From positions 1 to 64,000 of the forward strand of contig DASRGZ010000215.1 in NCBI GenBank assembly GCA_035650735.1: DNA of 64,000 bases, in the 5' to 3' direction. The notes under the pieces are model-generated. The model searched no databases and was not told the DNA's origin. It worked only from the letters and a program-made list of their open reading frames with translations. How positions within the stretch are numbered: the stretch's first letter is position 1; every line of letters starts with the position of its first letter. Origin of the DNA: Chthonomonadaceae bacterium (lineage in GTDB: Bacteria > Armatimonadota > Chthonomonadetes > Chthonomonadales > Chthonomonadaceae). Positions 29,344 through 39,661 of this stretch are shown piece by piece. The translations under genes were made by a program, and so were the position numbers.

Positions 29344-30453
29344 ATGAGTAGCAAGAATGCTATTCTGGAGAGACAGCCGGGCCGGGAGAAGTCCCGCGAT
29401 CCCCATTTGGGTGTCGGCACGTTCCGACCGGAACTGCCGGAAGAGGATGTGGACGAGACCTTCGAGAAGGAACCAAACGACGACCTGCTGCATCTCTATG
29501 ACAGCGACATCGCCGCCGGCAGCGTCGCCCTTCAGGAGGAAGTTTTGAGCGCTTCGGCGTTGACCGAAGCCGAGGATGAGGAGATGGAGCCGGTCTCTCG
29601 GGCTAGCCTCCTGGCCGATGAAGAGGAGCATCCCCGCCATGACGAGAGCCTCCAGCTCTGGATGAGCCGGGCGCGTGGGGCGCAGCTGCTCACCGCCGAG
29701 GAAGAGATCCGGCTGGCCCGCGCCGTCCAGCGCGGCGATAAGCAGGCCAAAGATAAGCTGACGGAAGCCAACCTGCGGCTTGTCGTCTCCATCGCCAAGA
29801 AGTACAGCGTGCGCGGCATTCCTCTGCCTGACCTGATTCAGGAAGGCAACATCGGCCTGATCCGCGCCGTCGAAAAGTTTGACCCCGACAAAGGCTATCG
29901 CTTCAGCACCTACGCTACCTGGTGGATCCGCCGCGCCATCGCCCGCGCCATCATCAACCAGGGCCGCACCATCCGCATCCCCGTCTACGTCGCCGAGATC
30001 ATCCACAAGCTCGTCAAAGCCTCCGGTCGCCTGCGCCAGCAGCTCCATCGCGAACCGACCGTCGAGGAGATCGCGCGCGAGTTGGAAGTGTCGGTGGATC
30101 GCGTCAACGAGATCATGCGGATCGCCCTGGAGCCGCTCTCCCTGGAAACGCCCGTCGGCGAGAAGGACAACAGCCAGTTGGCCGATTTCATCCAGTCACA
30201 GACGGCCATCTCGCCCTCGGAGGCGACGCTGAACCTGATCCGGCGTGAGCAGATTGATGAGGTCTTGAACAAGCTGACCGGGCGCGAGAAGGAGGTACTG
30301 CGGATGCGCTTCGGCCTGGACGACGGTTATGCGCGGACGCTGGAAGAGGTGGGCCTGCGCCTGCGGGTCACCCGCGAGCGCGTCCGCCAGATCGAGCTGC
30401 GCGCCCTCAAGAAGCTGCGCCATCTCAACCCGAATGAACTTCCTCGCCACTGA
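29344..30453 (+). CDS. RpoD/SigA-family sigma factor paralogue
   Basis: [42 protein letters not shown]; non-canonical regions 1.2 and 2.4. Confidence 0.92.
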   Translation: MSSKNAILERQPGREKSRDPHLGVGTFRPELPEEDVDETFEKEPNDDLLHLYDSDIAAGSVALQEEVLSASALTEAEDEEMEPVSRASLLADEEEHPRHDESLQLWMSRARGAQLLTAEEEIRLARAVQRGDKQAKDKLTEANLRLVVSIAKKYSVRGIPLPDLIQEGNIGLIRAVEKFDPDKGYRFSTYATWWIRRAIARAIINQGRTIRIPVYVAEIIHKLVKASGRLRQQLHREPTVEEIARELEVSVDRVNEIMRIALEPLSLETPVGEKDNSQLADFIQSQTAISPSEATLNLIRREQIDEVLNKLTGREKEVLRMRFGLDDGYARTLEEVGLRLRVTRERVRQIELRALKKLRHLNPNELPRH

Positions 30454-30484
30454 GCGCGCTTTGCGTTCTCGCTCCGTTTGCATA

Positions 30485-30519
30485 CGGGGTGGCCTGGATG
30501 GCCACCCCGGTTTTGTTTG
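30485..30519 (+). terminator. Intrinsic terminator
   Basis: CGGGGTGGCC/GGCCACCCCG stem followed by a T-rich tail. Confidence 0.7.
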
Positions 30520-30594
30520 CGCCCTATCCTCCCGCGCGTCTGCCACTGCTCCTGATTTGATGGGAATGGCCGCCCCGGTTCTGTTGGCGCAGTT

Positions 30595-31827
30595 CTAAGG
30601 CTCCAGCAGGAGGACGGTGGCGGTCTCGCCCGCCGGAATACCCGGCGAATCCTGCGGCACGATGAGCAGGGAGTTGGCGCGGGTCATCGAGTGGAGAATG
30701 CCGGACCCTTGCGCGCCCGTGGGCCGCGTGACAAACCGCCCGCCCTCGGTCGCTGTGACGGCGCGGACATATTCACGGCGTCCGGGCGCGTGGGGCACAT
30801 CCTCCAGGACGACCGCCTGCACCTGCGGCCGCGCCAATTCCGACTCGTCCCGGCCCGCCATCTTCCAGAGCGCCGGGCGCACGAAAAGCTCGAAGGTCAC
30901 CATGGCGGAGACCGGGTTGCCGGGCAGGCCGAAGAAGAGCGCCTTCCCAATGCTGCCGAAGGCCAGCGGCTTGCCCGGCTTCATCGCCACCCTCCAGAGG
31001 TCCAGCCGTCCCAGCCTCTCCAGCGCGGGCTTGACGAAGTCGCGGTCGCCCACCGAGACGCCTCCCGCCGTCACAAGGACATCCGCCCCGCCGACCGGGT
31101 CGGCGCAGGCGCGTAGCGCGGCTTCGGTTGCGGCCAGATCGTCGGGGATGTGGGTGATGGAGTGGAGGACGGCCCCGGCCTCGCGCACCAGCGCCGCCAG
31201 CGCATAGCGGTTGCTGTCGCGAATTTTGCCGGGCGGCGGCGCCACGCCCTCTTCAATATCCACAACCTCGTCGCCGGTGGAGATGACGGCGACGCGCGGC
31301 GGGCGCACGGTCGGCACGGAGGCGCGGCCCATCGTCGCCAGCATGGCGATCTCGGCGGCGCGAATGCACGCTCCTGCCCGCAGCACAACCTCGCCGCGCC
31401 GCACGTCCTCCCCCGCCTGGCGGATATGCTGGTTGGGCTGGGCGGCCTCCAGAATGGCGACCTGTCCCGCTCCCGCCGGGCGCGTGTCCTCCACCATCAC
31501 CATCGCGTCAGCGCCGGGCGGCATCGGCGCACCTGTCATGACGCGCGCCGCTGTGCCCTCTGTCACCGTCTCCCGCGCCAGTTCCCCGGCAGGCACGTCG
31601 GCCAGCGTCCGCAGGAGGACCGGCGCCTCGGGCGTGGCCCCGGCGGTATCGGCGGCGCGCACGGCATAGCCGTCTACCGCCGAGTTATCAAAAGGTGGCA
31701 CGTTGATATCGGCGGCGATGTCTTCGGCCAGCACGCGGCCCAGCGACTCCAGCAACGGCACGCGCTCCGACGGCAGCCGCCGCGCGCTCCTCAAAATCGC
31801 CTCTAGCGCTTCCTCAACAGTGAACAT
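30595..31827 (-). CDS. moeA: Molybdopterin molybdotransferase
   Basis: PPFDNSAVDGYA, MTGAPMP, STGDE, GGVSVGDRD, MKPGKP, GLPGNPVS. Confidence 0.95.
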   Translation of the reverse strand: MFTVEEALEAILRSARRLPSERVPLLESLGRVLAEDIAADINVPPFDNSAVDGYAVRAADTAGATPEAPVLLRTLADVPAGELARETVTEGTAARVMTGAPMPPGADAMVMVEDTRPAGAGQVAILEAAQPNQHIRQAGEDVRRGEVVLRAGACIRAAEIAMLATMGRASVPTVRPPRVAVISTGDEVVDIEEGVAPPPGKIRDSNRYALAALVREAGAVLHSITHIPDDLAATEAALRACADPVGGADVLVTAGGVSVGDRDFVKPALERLGRLDLWRVAMKPGKPLAFGSIGKALFFGLPGNPVSAMVTFELFVRPALWKMAGRDESELARPQVQAVVLEDVPHAPGRREYVRAVTATEGGRFVTRPTGAQGSGILHSMTRANSLLIVPQDSPGIPAGETATVLLLEP

Positions 31828-31861
31828 GATGCCTCGCTCCTCTGGCCCGCATCCCGGTTCT

Positions 31862-31942
31862 GGCTCCTCTTCTTCGCAAGGAGAGGGGAGAGCAGAAGCC
31901 GGGTCACCCCCTTCCCTGGTAGGGAAGAGGGACGGGGTTAGG
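31862..31942. repeat. REP hairpins
   Basis: CCCCTTCCCT-GGT-AGGGAAGAGGG type palindromes. Confidence 0.65.
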
Positions 31943-32093
31943 TCAATCCTGGAATGGCGCTTGCATGAATAGTGGTTTTGCGCTACAATACAGTCTACCC
32001 GTATTTCTGGTAGTGTCCCTCTACAGAGTTGATAAGGTCATCGGCGACGAAGTATCAACTCTCTATGGGTACACTACCGTATTTCTCCTGACC

Positions 32094-32900
32094 ATGAAAC
32101 GCCGACACCACATCCAACTGATCAAAGCCCTCTTGCTCCTGAGCCTGACGCTCGGCGGGCTGAGCCTGGCCGCCAGTGCGCTCTCCTGGCACGGCTTCAC
32201 GTTCGTGGAGTGGTGGCGTGAGGGCCACTCCGGCCTCGTTCTCTGGAAGGCGGACACGGGGCAGAAGTGCGTCGCGCTCACCTTCGACGACGGCCCCGAC
32301 CCGCGCTACACGCCGCGCATCCTGGCGATCCTGCGCCGGTACGGAGCGCGGGCGACGTTTTTTGAGGTCGGCAGGCAGGTGCAGGCTTACCCGGCGCTGG
32401 CCCGCGCCGTGGCCGCGCAGGGGAACGTCATCGGCAATCATACTTACTCGCATCCCTATCTGGATCGCAAGCCGGGATGGGAAGTGGCCCAGGAGATCGC
32501 TCAGTGCGACTCCTGCCTGGAGGCCGTGCTGGGCCGACATAGCTATCTCTTCCGCCCGCCGCGCGGCGATTGGAATCCGACCATCTTCCGCGAGGTGCGT
32601 CGTCGTGGAGACCATCTCATCCTCTGGACCTTCGCCGTCGAGCACCGCGAGGCGCGCACGCCCCAGGCGATGGCGGCGCGCGCCCTGCGGCTTGTTCGGC
32701 CCGGCAGCATCCTCCTGATGCACGACGGCGCGGATAGCACGCGGGAAAAGACCGTGCAGGCGCTGCCGCTGATTCTGGAAGGCTTGCGGGCGCGCGGCTA
32801 CCGGTGCGTTACCGTGCCGGAATTGCTGCGCATTCGCGGCGCTTCTCCCCTGCCGGCGATAGCAACATCTCAGATAGGAAGCAGAGGAGGCGCAGAGTGA
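32094..32900 (+). CDS. Polysaccharide deacetylase (NodB/CE4)
   Basis: LTFDDGP, GNHTYSH, FRPPRG, LMHDG; N-terminal TM. Confidence 0.92.
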   Translation: MKRRHHIQLIKALLLLSLTLGGLSLAASALSWHGFTFVEWWREGHSGLVLWKADTGQKCVALTFDDGPDPRYTPRILAILRRYGARATFFEVGRQVQAYPALARAVAAQGNVIGNHTYSHPYLDRKPGWEVAQEIAQCDSCLEAVLGRHSYLFRPPRGDWNPTIFREVRRRGDHLILWTFAVEHREARTPQAMAARALRLVRPGSILLMHDGADSTREKTVQALPLILEGLRARGYRCVTVPELLRIRGASPLPAIATSQIGSRGGAE

Positions 32901-32997
32901 GGCTTACCCGGTGCATGGTTGCCATACGCCCCACCTGGTCTGCGCGCTCCTGTGACATCACGGCTGCCCCCCGCCCTCACAAGCAAGGAAAATCGTC

Positions 32998-34290
32998 ATG
33001 AAGTCTACACACCTACTCTGGCCCGGGCTGACAGCCGCCGCGCTGTTGCTCGGCGCCTCTCTCCGCGCCGATGTCGTCAAGCTCAAGCCGGTTCCCTCCG
33101 TCTGGGAGAAGTCAAAACAGCGCCTTCCCTACGGCAAACGGCTGATCTTGACCGATGCTCTGCCCGACTCCTTACAAAAGCTTCCCGCCGACCTGACGGC
33201 CCCTCAGTATCAGGTGCTTACCCTCGGCCCGAAGGAACACCCGACCTCTGTGGCCGTCGTCGTAGACGCGCCGGACGGCAGAGCGCCGCGCCTGTTCGTG
33301 GACGCTAACGCCAACGGCGACCTGACCGATGACCCGGCCCTGGAATGGACCCGGCAGGAGTCGAAGGGGCAAAATGCCGGAAGCCCGACGCTCTATAACA
33401 GCAGCGCGACGGTCTCGGTCTGCTATGGCGAGGCGGCGATCCCGCTGCATCTTGCCTTCACTCTGTACCACTATGAACGGTCGGAGGAGAGCCAGGTGGC
33501 GCGCAAGGACGTGCTGCTCGTTTCCGTCGAAAGCGGCTATGAAGGCGAGGTGACGCTTGGCGGCAAGACGTACCCGATCCGGCTGGCCGATACGGCGGCG
33601 ACCGGCGATTTTCGCGGCAACACGGCGGGCGGAACGTCGGGCGTCTTGTTGCTGATTGACGTCAACGGCAACGGCGTCTTTGATGCGCGCGGCGAGTCGT
33701 TTGACATCGGGCAGCCGTTCAACATTCGGGGCATGACCTACGAGATCACGGACGTGAGCGCCTCCGGCGACACGCTCACTCTCCGCAAGTCCCAGCGCAG
33801 CGTGCCGGAAATTCCGCCGCCGCCCGATCTGCGGCCCGGCCAGAAGGCCGTTCCATTTGAGAAGAAGACGCTCGATGGCCAGACGGTAAAGTTCCCCGTC
33901 AGCTACAAAGGCAAGCTGGTGCTGCTCTACTTCTGGGCCAGTTGGTGCGGCGATTGCGCGGCGGAACGGCCCAACCTGAAAAAAACCTATGAGACGTTCC
34001 ACGCGCAGGGTCTGGAGGTGCTGGGGATCAGCCTGGACGAGGCCAATGCCGCCGCGCAACTGGCCGCCTTTCTCAAGGCGAACAACATGCCCTGGCCGGA
34101 GGTCTACGACGGAAAGAAGTGGGAGGCCGACATCGCCCAGCTCTATTTCATCAACTGGATACCGAGCGCCTTTCTGGTGGACGGCGATACCGGCGAGATT
34201 CTGGCGGCGGGCGATGACCTGATGGGGGAGCGTCTCTCCGAAACCGTTCGGAAGGCGCTGGCAGCCAGAAAGCAGAAGCCTACCCTGTAA
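32998..34290 (+). CDS. Exported TlpA-family thiol-disulfide protein with N-terminal DxNxNG domain
   Basis: FWASWCGDC; DANANGD and DVNGNG motifs; signal peptide. Confidence 0.85.
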   Translation: MKSTHLLWPGLTAAALLLGASLRADVVKLKPVPSVWEKSKQRLPYGKRLILTDALPDSLQKLPADLTAPQYQVLTLGPKEHPTSVAVVVDAPDGRAPRLFVDANANGDLTDDPALEWTRQESKGQNAGSPTLYNSSATVSVCYGEAAIPLHLAFTLYHYERSEESQVARKDVLLVSVESGYEGEVTLGGKTYPIRLADTAATGDFRGNTAGGTSGVLLLIDVNGNGVFDARGESFDIGQPFNIRGMTYEITDVSASGDTLTLRKSQRSVPEIPPPPDLRPGQKAVPFEKKTLDGQTVKFPVSYKGKLVLLYFWASWCGDCAAERPNLKKTYETFHAQGLEVLGISLDEANAAAQLAAFLKANNMPWPEVYDGKKWEADIAQLYFINWIPSAFLVDGDTGEILAAGDDLMGERLSETVRKALAARKQKPTL

Positions 34291-34350
34291 GGCTAGGGAC
34301 ACTGCCGCATGCGGGAAACACAGCAAACCGGCTGCGCTGAGAAAGGGATC

Positions 34351-35538
34351 ATGTCCACTTTTCATATCACTGGAGGAGACAGCAAAGGCAGCAAAACCTC
34401 ACGCAAGCCGCAGAGGAGGCATGGACTGCCAGCTTTGCCGTTTGCCCTCGCCGCGCATTCTGTCCTGCCGGCGCGCTTCGACCTGTATAGAACGCTGCCT
34501 CTTGCCTGTCTACTTACCGTTCTGGGGCTGGCAGGCTGCGGTGGCGGACGAGGCAACACGAGCGGAATATCCCAGTACGTCGCTCATTTTCGCGAGTTTC
34601 CGGTGCCGGTAGGCAGCAATGACCCGACCGCGACGATTCCGGGCTCCTGGCCGGACGACCTGCGAGGCGACGACCAGGGAAACATCTGGTTTGCCGAGCA
34701 TCATTCCAATGAGGTCGGGCGCATGTCGCCGACGGGGACCTACACGGGGTTTGCCGTGCCGACCCCCAACAGCGAAATGGACGGTATTGCCGTAGATAGC
34801 GCGCATGGGCGGGTTTGGGTGACGGAGACCGCCGGAAACAAGGTCGTTCGCATTGAGATGGCGACGGGGCAGGTGACGGAAATCCCCGTTCCCACGCCCC
34901 ATGCCGACCCGGGCGATCTGGCAGTGGCCCCCGATGGCACGGTCTGGTTCACCGAGGGCTATGAGGGCGGCATGGGCACCGGCCGCCTGGCCCGCATCGA
35001 TCCGGCGGCCAACCAGATCACCGAAATAGCCCTGCCGGGGCCGCGCAACGGTCTGGATGGGATCACGCTCGACGCCTTTGGGGCCGTCTGGTTCGTCGAG
35101 ATCAACGATAACCGCATCGGCCGCTATGCCAGCGGGCAGTTTCGCGAGTTCGCACTGCCGCGTCCGGGCGTGCTTCCCACCAACCTGGCCGTAGACACGC
35201 AAGGCCGTGTCTGGGTCACGGAGCAGGTCGGCAACGCCATCGCCATCTTGAACCCGGTCAACAACTCCTGGCAGGAGTTGTCGCTGCCCACGCCTAACGC
35301 CCTTCCGTCAGGCATCACCATTGATCGGAGCGGCAACGTCTGGTTCACCGAGTTTCAGGCCAGCAAGATCGGCCTGGTTCTTGCCGGAACCACCACCGTA
35401 CTGGATTTCGCCATACCCACGCCCAATAGCGGCCCGGAGGATGTCTTTGCTGCCGCCAATAGCACAGTCTATTTCACGGAGCAGTACGCCAACAAAATCG
35501 GCCAGATCACCGTCTCCCGCCAGCCGCTATCCCGCTAA
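34351..35538 (+). CDS. Vgb (virginiamycin B lyase)-like beta-propeller lipoprotein
   Basis: Repeated P-x-I-x-D-GxxWFTE-NKIG blades; LAGC lipobox; start uncertain. Confidence 0.85.
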   Translation: MSTFHITGGDSKGSKTSRKPQRRHGLPALPFALAAHSVLPARFDLYRTLPLACLLTVLGLAGCGGGRGNTSGISQYVAHFREFPVPVGSNDPTATIPGSWPDDLRGDDQGNIWFAEHHSNEVGRMSPTGTYTGFAVPTPNSEMDGIAVDSAHGRVWVTETAGNKVVRIEMATGQVTEIPVPTPHADPGDLAVAPDGTVWFTEGYEGGMGTGRLARIDPAANQITEIALPGPRNGLDGITLDAFGAVWFVEINDNRIGRYASGQFREFALPRPGVLPTNLAVDTQGRVWVTEQVGNAIAILNPVNNSWQELSLPTPNALPSGITIDRSGNVWFTEFQASKIGLVLAGTTTVLDFAIPTPNSGPEDVFAAANSTVYFTEQYANKIGQITVSRQPLSR

Positions 35539-35547
35539 AACCTAATT

Positions 35548-35662
35548 TTCAACAGGATGAACAGGATTTCTAAAACCCAACCAACCGAAGTCCCTATGCC
35601 TCTGTTCCTCTTAGTTTCAAGGCTTCTCTCTCGAGCCTTAATCCTGTAAATCCTGTTGGAGG
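35548..35662 (-). repeat. ACAGGAT-terminal MITE/REP-like element (copy 2, inverted)
   Basis: Reverse complement shares the core AAGAGGAACAGAGGCATAGG..CGGTTGGTT..TTTTAGAAATCCTGTT. Confidence 0.8.
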
Positions 35663-35694
35663 TTTTTCGAGTTCTGGAAAGGAGCATTGCGAGC

Positions 35695-37077
35695 ATGCCA
35701 TTGTATGCCGGTGTCTGTGAGACCAATATCACGCCGCCGCCCGGTGTCTGGATGAGCGGTTACGCCGGACGCCCGACGGGAGCCGTCGGCATCCACGATG
35801 AGCTCTACGCCCGCGCCCTGGCGCTGGACAACGGGCAGCGGCGGGTCGTACTGCTGGCAATGGACCTGATCGCCCTGGATGAAGACCTGGTCAAGCGCAT
35901 TCGGGAGGGCATTGCCTCGCAGGCGGGCGTCGCGCCGGAAGCCGTAATGCTCCATTGCACGCACACGCACGGCGGCCCCAGCGTGCGCAGCTACCGGGCG
36001 ATGGGCACGCGCGATGGCGCTTATGTAGATATCCTGGCGCGCAAGCTCATCGGGGTAGCAAAACAGGCGGCGGAGAGCCTCCAGCCCGCTCATCTGACCT
36101 ATGGCGAGACCTCCGCCCAGATCGGCGTCAATCGGCGTCAGACCCTCCCGGATGGACGCGTTATCCTGGGCGCGGACTATGGCGGTCCCATTGCGCCCAT
36201 CGTGCAGGCCCTCTGCGTCAACGGGGCGGACGGGCGTACCTTCGCGCTACTGTTCTGCCACGCCTGCCATCCTACCACGATGGGCGGCGAGAACCTGCAT
36301 ATCACCGCCGATTGGCCCGGCGGCGCCGTCGCCCACCTCAAAAAACGGTTTCGCGCCGAGGGGGTGGAGAGCGGCATCGCAGAGGAAGCGCTGCCGTTCT
36401 GCCTGCAAGGCTGCTGCGGCGACATCAATCCGCTCCGGCGCGGCACCTGGGAGGCTGTAAACGCCAACGGGCGTGCCATCGCTGATGCCGCGCACACCGC
36501 CCGCTGGAACGCGCATGGCCGTCTGGACGAGACGCTGGAAGCGGTGGAGGAGACGGTGGAACTGCCGCTGCTGCCCCCGCCGGCCCTGGAGGAGTGCGAG
36601 CGGCAGATAGCGCAATGGGAGGCGACCCTGGAAAATGATCGCGCCGCCAACGCTCCCGCGGGCCGCATTCTCTTCGACGAGGGGCGGCTGGCCTGGGCCA
36701 AAGCGGCGCGGGAATACGCCTTACGTTCCGATTTCGCCGAGAAGCAGCCGTTCACTATTCAGAGGCTGACGCTGGGCGGCGTTCACCTGCTGGGCTTTCC
36801 CGCCGAGATGTTTGTACAGTACCAGCAGGATTTCTCGGCGCAATCTGCCGCGCCGGTGCTTTCGCTGGGCTACACCAACGGCTGCTGGAACTATGTGCCG
36901 ACCGCCGCCGAATATGCGCGCGGAGGTTATGAGGTTGACGATGCCCATAAATACTACGGCACGCTGATGTTTGCGCCGGAGTGCGAGCCGATCTTGCGCG
37001 CCGCCGCCTACCGGCTGTTGGGCATCGCCGATCCCGATAGGACGCCCTACCCCCTGCAAAACGGGCGTCCCCGTTGA
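35695..37077 (+). CDS. Neutral/alkaline ceramidase N-terminal domain family hydrolase
   Basis: ITPP, HDELYARAL, THTHGGP, ACHPT, QGCCGDINP. Confidence 0.85.
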   Translation: MPLYAGVCETNITPPPGVWMSGYAGRPTGAVGIHDELYARALALDNGQRRVVLLAMDLIALDEDLVKRIREGIASQAGVAPEAVMLHCTHTHGGPSVRSYRAMGTRDGAYVDILARKLIGVAKQAAESLQPAHLTYGETSAQIGVNRRQTLPDGRVILGADYGGPIAPIVQALCVNGADGRTFALLFCHACHPTTMGGENLHITADWPGGAVAHLKKRFRAEGVESGIAEEALPFCLQGCCGDINPLRRGTWEAVNANGRAIADAAHTARWNAHGRLDETLEAVEETVELPLLPPPALEECERQIAQWEATLENDRAANAPAGRILFDEGRLAWAKAAREYALRSDFAEKQPFTIQRLTLGGVHLLGFPAEMFVQYQQDFSAQSAAPVLSLGYTNGCWNYVPTAAEYARGGYEVDDAHKYYGTLMFAPECEPILRAAAYRLLGIADPDRTPYPLQNGRPR

Positions 37078-37125
37078 GACTGGTCGCCCGGCCTTACAGC
37101 CCATTCCTTTAGGGATTGCCGTCCG

Positions 37126-37277
37126 GGCGAATAAATTCGCGGCAACCAAGGCACGAAGTCCGCCTGCGCGGACTCCATCCTCCCCTCTCCCGCAGCGTCG
37201 GGAGAGGGGCCGGGGGTGAGGGCTGGAGTGTCCGTAGGGGGACTGCGTGCTTTTGTTGCTGCGGTTTCAACCGCCCG
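37126..37277. repeat. Nested REP: outer palindrome enclosing a CCCTCTCCC hairpin
   Basis: GGGCG..CGCGGCAAC..GCACGAAGTCC pairs with GGACTGCGTGC..GTTGCTGCGG..CGCCC; a half copy lies at ~5768-5808. Confidence 0.7.
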
Positions 37278-38574
37278 CAGAGAGGTTCCGGGTCGGAGGC
37301 GCGCAGAGGAGGCGCAGCAGTGGGTGCAGGCAGGCAGGGCCGCGCGCCACAAGCGAGGACGGGGACGGATGCGACTCCTGCACCTGCGTCAGAAAGACGC
37401 CCGCCGCGACTGCACCCATGGCCGACATCGCCGCAAACATCCATCCCATGCCGAAATGCCCCGCTATCCAGCCGCATACGGCCGGGCCAAGCGCGGTCGC
37501 CAGTCCACCAGCCGCCGCCAGGCGGGCCTGGGCAGCGCCCCGCTCCCACTCGGTGGCCGAATCGTTGACGAAGACGACGGCGATAGCGCCCATGATGCCG
37601 AAGTTGAGCCCATGCAGCGTCTGCACCAGCAGCACCCAGAGCGGGCCGGTGGCCGGAATATAGAAAAGCAGGCGCAGAGGCATTACCAGAAAGGCGAGGG
37701 CCAGCGCAGGACGACGCCCATAGGTGTCGGTGAAGCGGCCCACGCGCGTCATCACCAGCACCTCACAGACGACGCCGGCGGCAAACGTCCCCGTGATCCA
37801 GAGCGGCGAGGCGTGGAGCGATTTCAGGTACAGGCTCAGGAAGGCTGAGGCGCCATACAGCGCGAACTGATACAGGCAGAATGCCAGCAGAAAGGCGCGC
37901 AGATTGTGCGGCAGCGGCTGACGCTGTCGGGAGGGGGAATGCGCCTGGAGCGGGGCCGCGAGCGCGTTCTTGCGGTCGGGGACGAAGAGGGCCGCGGCGG
38001 CGATGGCGAAAAACAGCAGCGGGCCATAGGCAAAGACCGGGTTCAGCACCTCCCGGCTCAGGGCGGCGCCCGGCCCCCGCACATGACTGACCAGCCAGCC
38101 GGTCAGCAGCGTCACCAGAATATAGCCGACCGAGCCCCAGACCCGATAGCCCGCATAGGTCCGTCCGCCGCCGGCAGTCCCGCCGACCATCCGACCCACC
38201 AGCACGCCTCCCACCGCATTAAGATACATGGCGCCGTTGATGCCGATAGCGGAGAGCAGCAGGAAAGCGGCCAGGCCGTGTGCGGCGCGGTAGGAGAGAT
38301 AGGCCAGCCCGGCGCTGAGAGCCGCCAGAGCCATGAGCGGGCGGCGGGAATCCAGGAGGTCGGAGAGGCGGCCCAACAGCGGCTGCACCAGCAGGGCTAA
38401 TCCAGCGCCAAGCCCACTGACAAGGCCGATCTGCCCCCTGGTCAGCCCTCCCGCCTCCAGGTAGAGCGGCACGAACGGCTGTAGGAAGCCCACCGTCGCC
38501 GTGATCAGGAACATGCACAGGACGAGCGCAAAGCGCCGCCAGCGAGGCGCCGGAGCAAGCGTGGCCGGGGTCAT
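37267..38574 (-). CDS. MFS transporter
   Basis: GRLSDLLDSRR, GRFTDTYGRR, RVWGSVGY; 12 TM. Confidence 0.88.
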   Translation of the reverse strand: MTPATLAPAPRWRRFALVLCMFLITATVGFLQPFVPLYLEAGGLTRGQIGLVSGLGAGLALLVQPLLGRLSDLLDSRRPLMALAALSAGLAYLSYRAAHGLAAFLLLSAIGINGAMYLNAVGGVLVGRMVGGTAGGGRTYAGYRVWGSVGYILVTLLTGWLVSHVRGPGAALSREVLNPVFAYGPLLFFAIAAAALFVPDRKNALAAPLQAHSPSRQRQPLPHNLRAFLLAFCLYQFALYGASAFLSLYLKSLHASPLWITGTFAAGVVCEVLVMTRVGRFTDTYGRRPALALAFLVMPLRLLFYIPATGPLWVLLVQTLHGLNFGIMGAIAVVFVNDSATEWERGAAQARLAAAGGLATALGPAVCGWIAGHFGMGWMFAAMSAMGAVAAGVFLTQVQESHPSPSSLVARGPACLHPLLRLLCAPPTRNLSAGG

Positions 38575-39455
38575 GCGGAGGCGGTGCCCTCCCCACAGAT
38601 CGGAAACTCATCGCGCGTCAGCGGCGTGCCGTCGGCCAGGTGCAGGTAGTTGGTGCAGGGATGGTTGGGCGATTGGGCGTGATTATAGCGCGTCCCGTCC
38701 GGCATATAGATGATGACAAAGGCTCGGCGCTGCCGGTCGGTGACGTTCTGCGGCGTCATATGGTAGTTCAAGCAGTGATGGAACATGCACTCGCCCGCCT
38801 TCAACTCCACCGGAACGGCCCGCTCCGGGCCCCACGTCCGCACCTCCTGATACAGGCTGCCCGGCTCACCCGGCCCCAGCGGCGCAGGCGAAAGGTGGAT
38901 GTCTTCCGACAGGTCACAGCCGACCGGTTGGAAGCGCGGGTCGCGGTGGCTGCCTGGGATGACGTGCATGCAGCCGTTGGCGACCGTGGCATCATCGAGG
39001 GCCAGCCAGCAGGTGATCATCGTGGGCCGATCCAGGGGCCAGAAATAGAAGTCATGATGGCAGCTAAAGTGAGCGTTGTCGCCCGGCGGCTTGGAGATCA
39101 CCTGATCGTGCCAGAGTCGGATCCGGTCAGCGCCCATCAAATCCCGGATGGCCCCGGTGATCTTCGGGTTGTGGATGACCTCGCGGTACTCCGGGACCAC
39201 CTTCCACATGTTCACAAACTGGTGAATGGCGCGTGCCGGGCGCTGCCCGCCTGCCTTTAGGTCGGCCCTGCGGTCGTGCCCATAGGCGAACTCAGGCGGC
39301 CGGCCGCTGTCATCCTCCCGCTCCTGCTCCTCCCGAATCACCCGATCCAGGGCGTCGCGCAGCCTCTGCACCTGATCCTCAGCAAGAACGCGGGTGAACT
39401 TCAGATATCCGTTGCGGTGAAACTGTTCCACCTGAGCCGGAGTTAATATTTCCAT
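38571..39455 (-). CDS. Phytanoyl-CoA dioxygenase family protein
   Basis: QFHRNGY, HHD, WLALDDAT, NGCMHVIPGSH. Confidence 0.9.
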   Translation of the reverse strand: MEILTPAQVEQFHRNGYLKFTRVLAEDQVQRLRDALDRVIREEQEREDDSGRPPEFAYGHDRRADLKAGGQRPARAIHQFVNMWKVVPEYREVIHNPKITGAIRDLMGADRIRLWHDQVISKPPGDNAHFSCHHDFYFWPLDRPTMITCWLALDDATVANGCMHVIPGSHRDPRFQPVGCDLSEDIHLSPAPLGPGEPGSLYQEVRTWGPERAVPVELKAGECMFHHCLNYHMTPQNVTDRQRRAFVIIYMPDGTRYNHAQSPNHPCTNYLHLADGTPLTRDEFPICGEGTASA

Positions 39456-39661
39456 AGCGATCCCCCATAGCGCCGCAGCGTGCGGCTCCCTGATAGGCTA
39501 TGCGCGGCTAAATTCTCCGGCCAGGGGACGCTTTCCTGCATGGAATTGAGCTTTACAATGGCTGTTAAACCCGGCCCTCTATATTGCAGGAGACGCAAGA
39601 CGCTCTGTCGAAGAAGTTTGGTGTATCCGTCCACTCCTCTGCATTGCCGGAGGAACACGCC

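Noticed and set aside
34351..35538. Streptogramin resistance gene vgb
   Set aside because: Fold similarity only; it is a predicted lipoprotein in a chromosomal context
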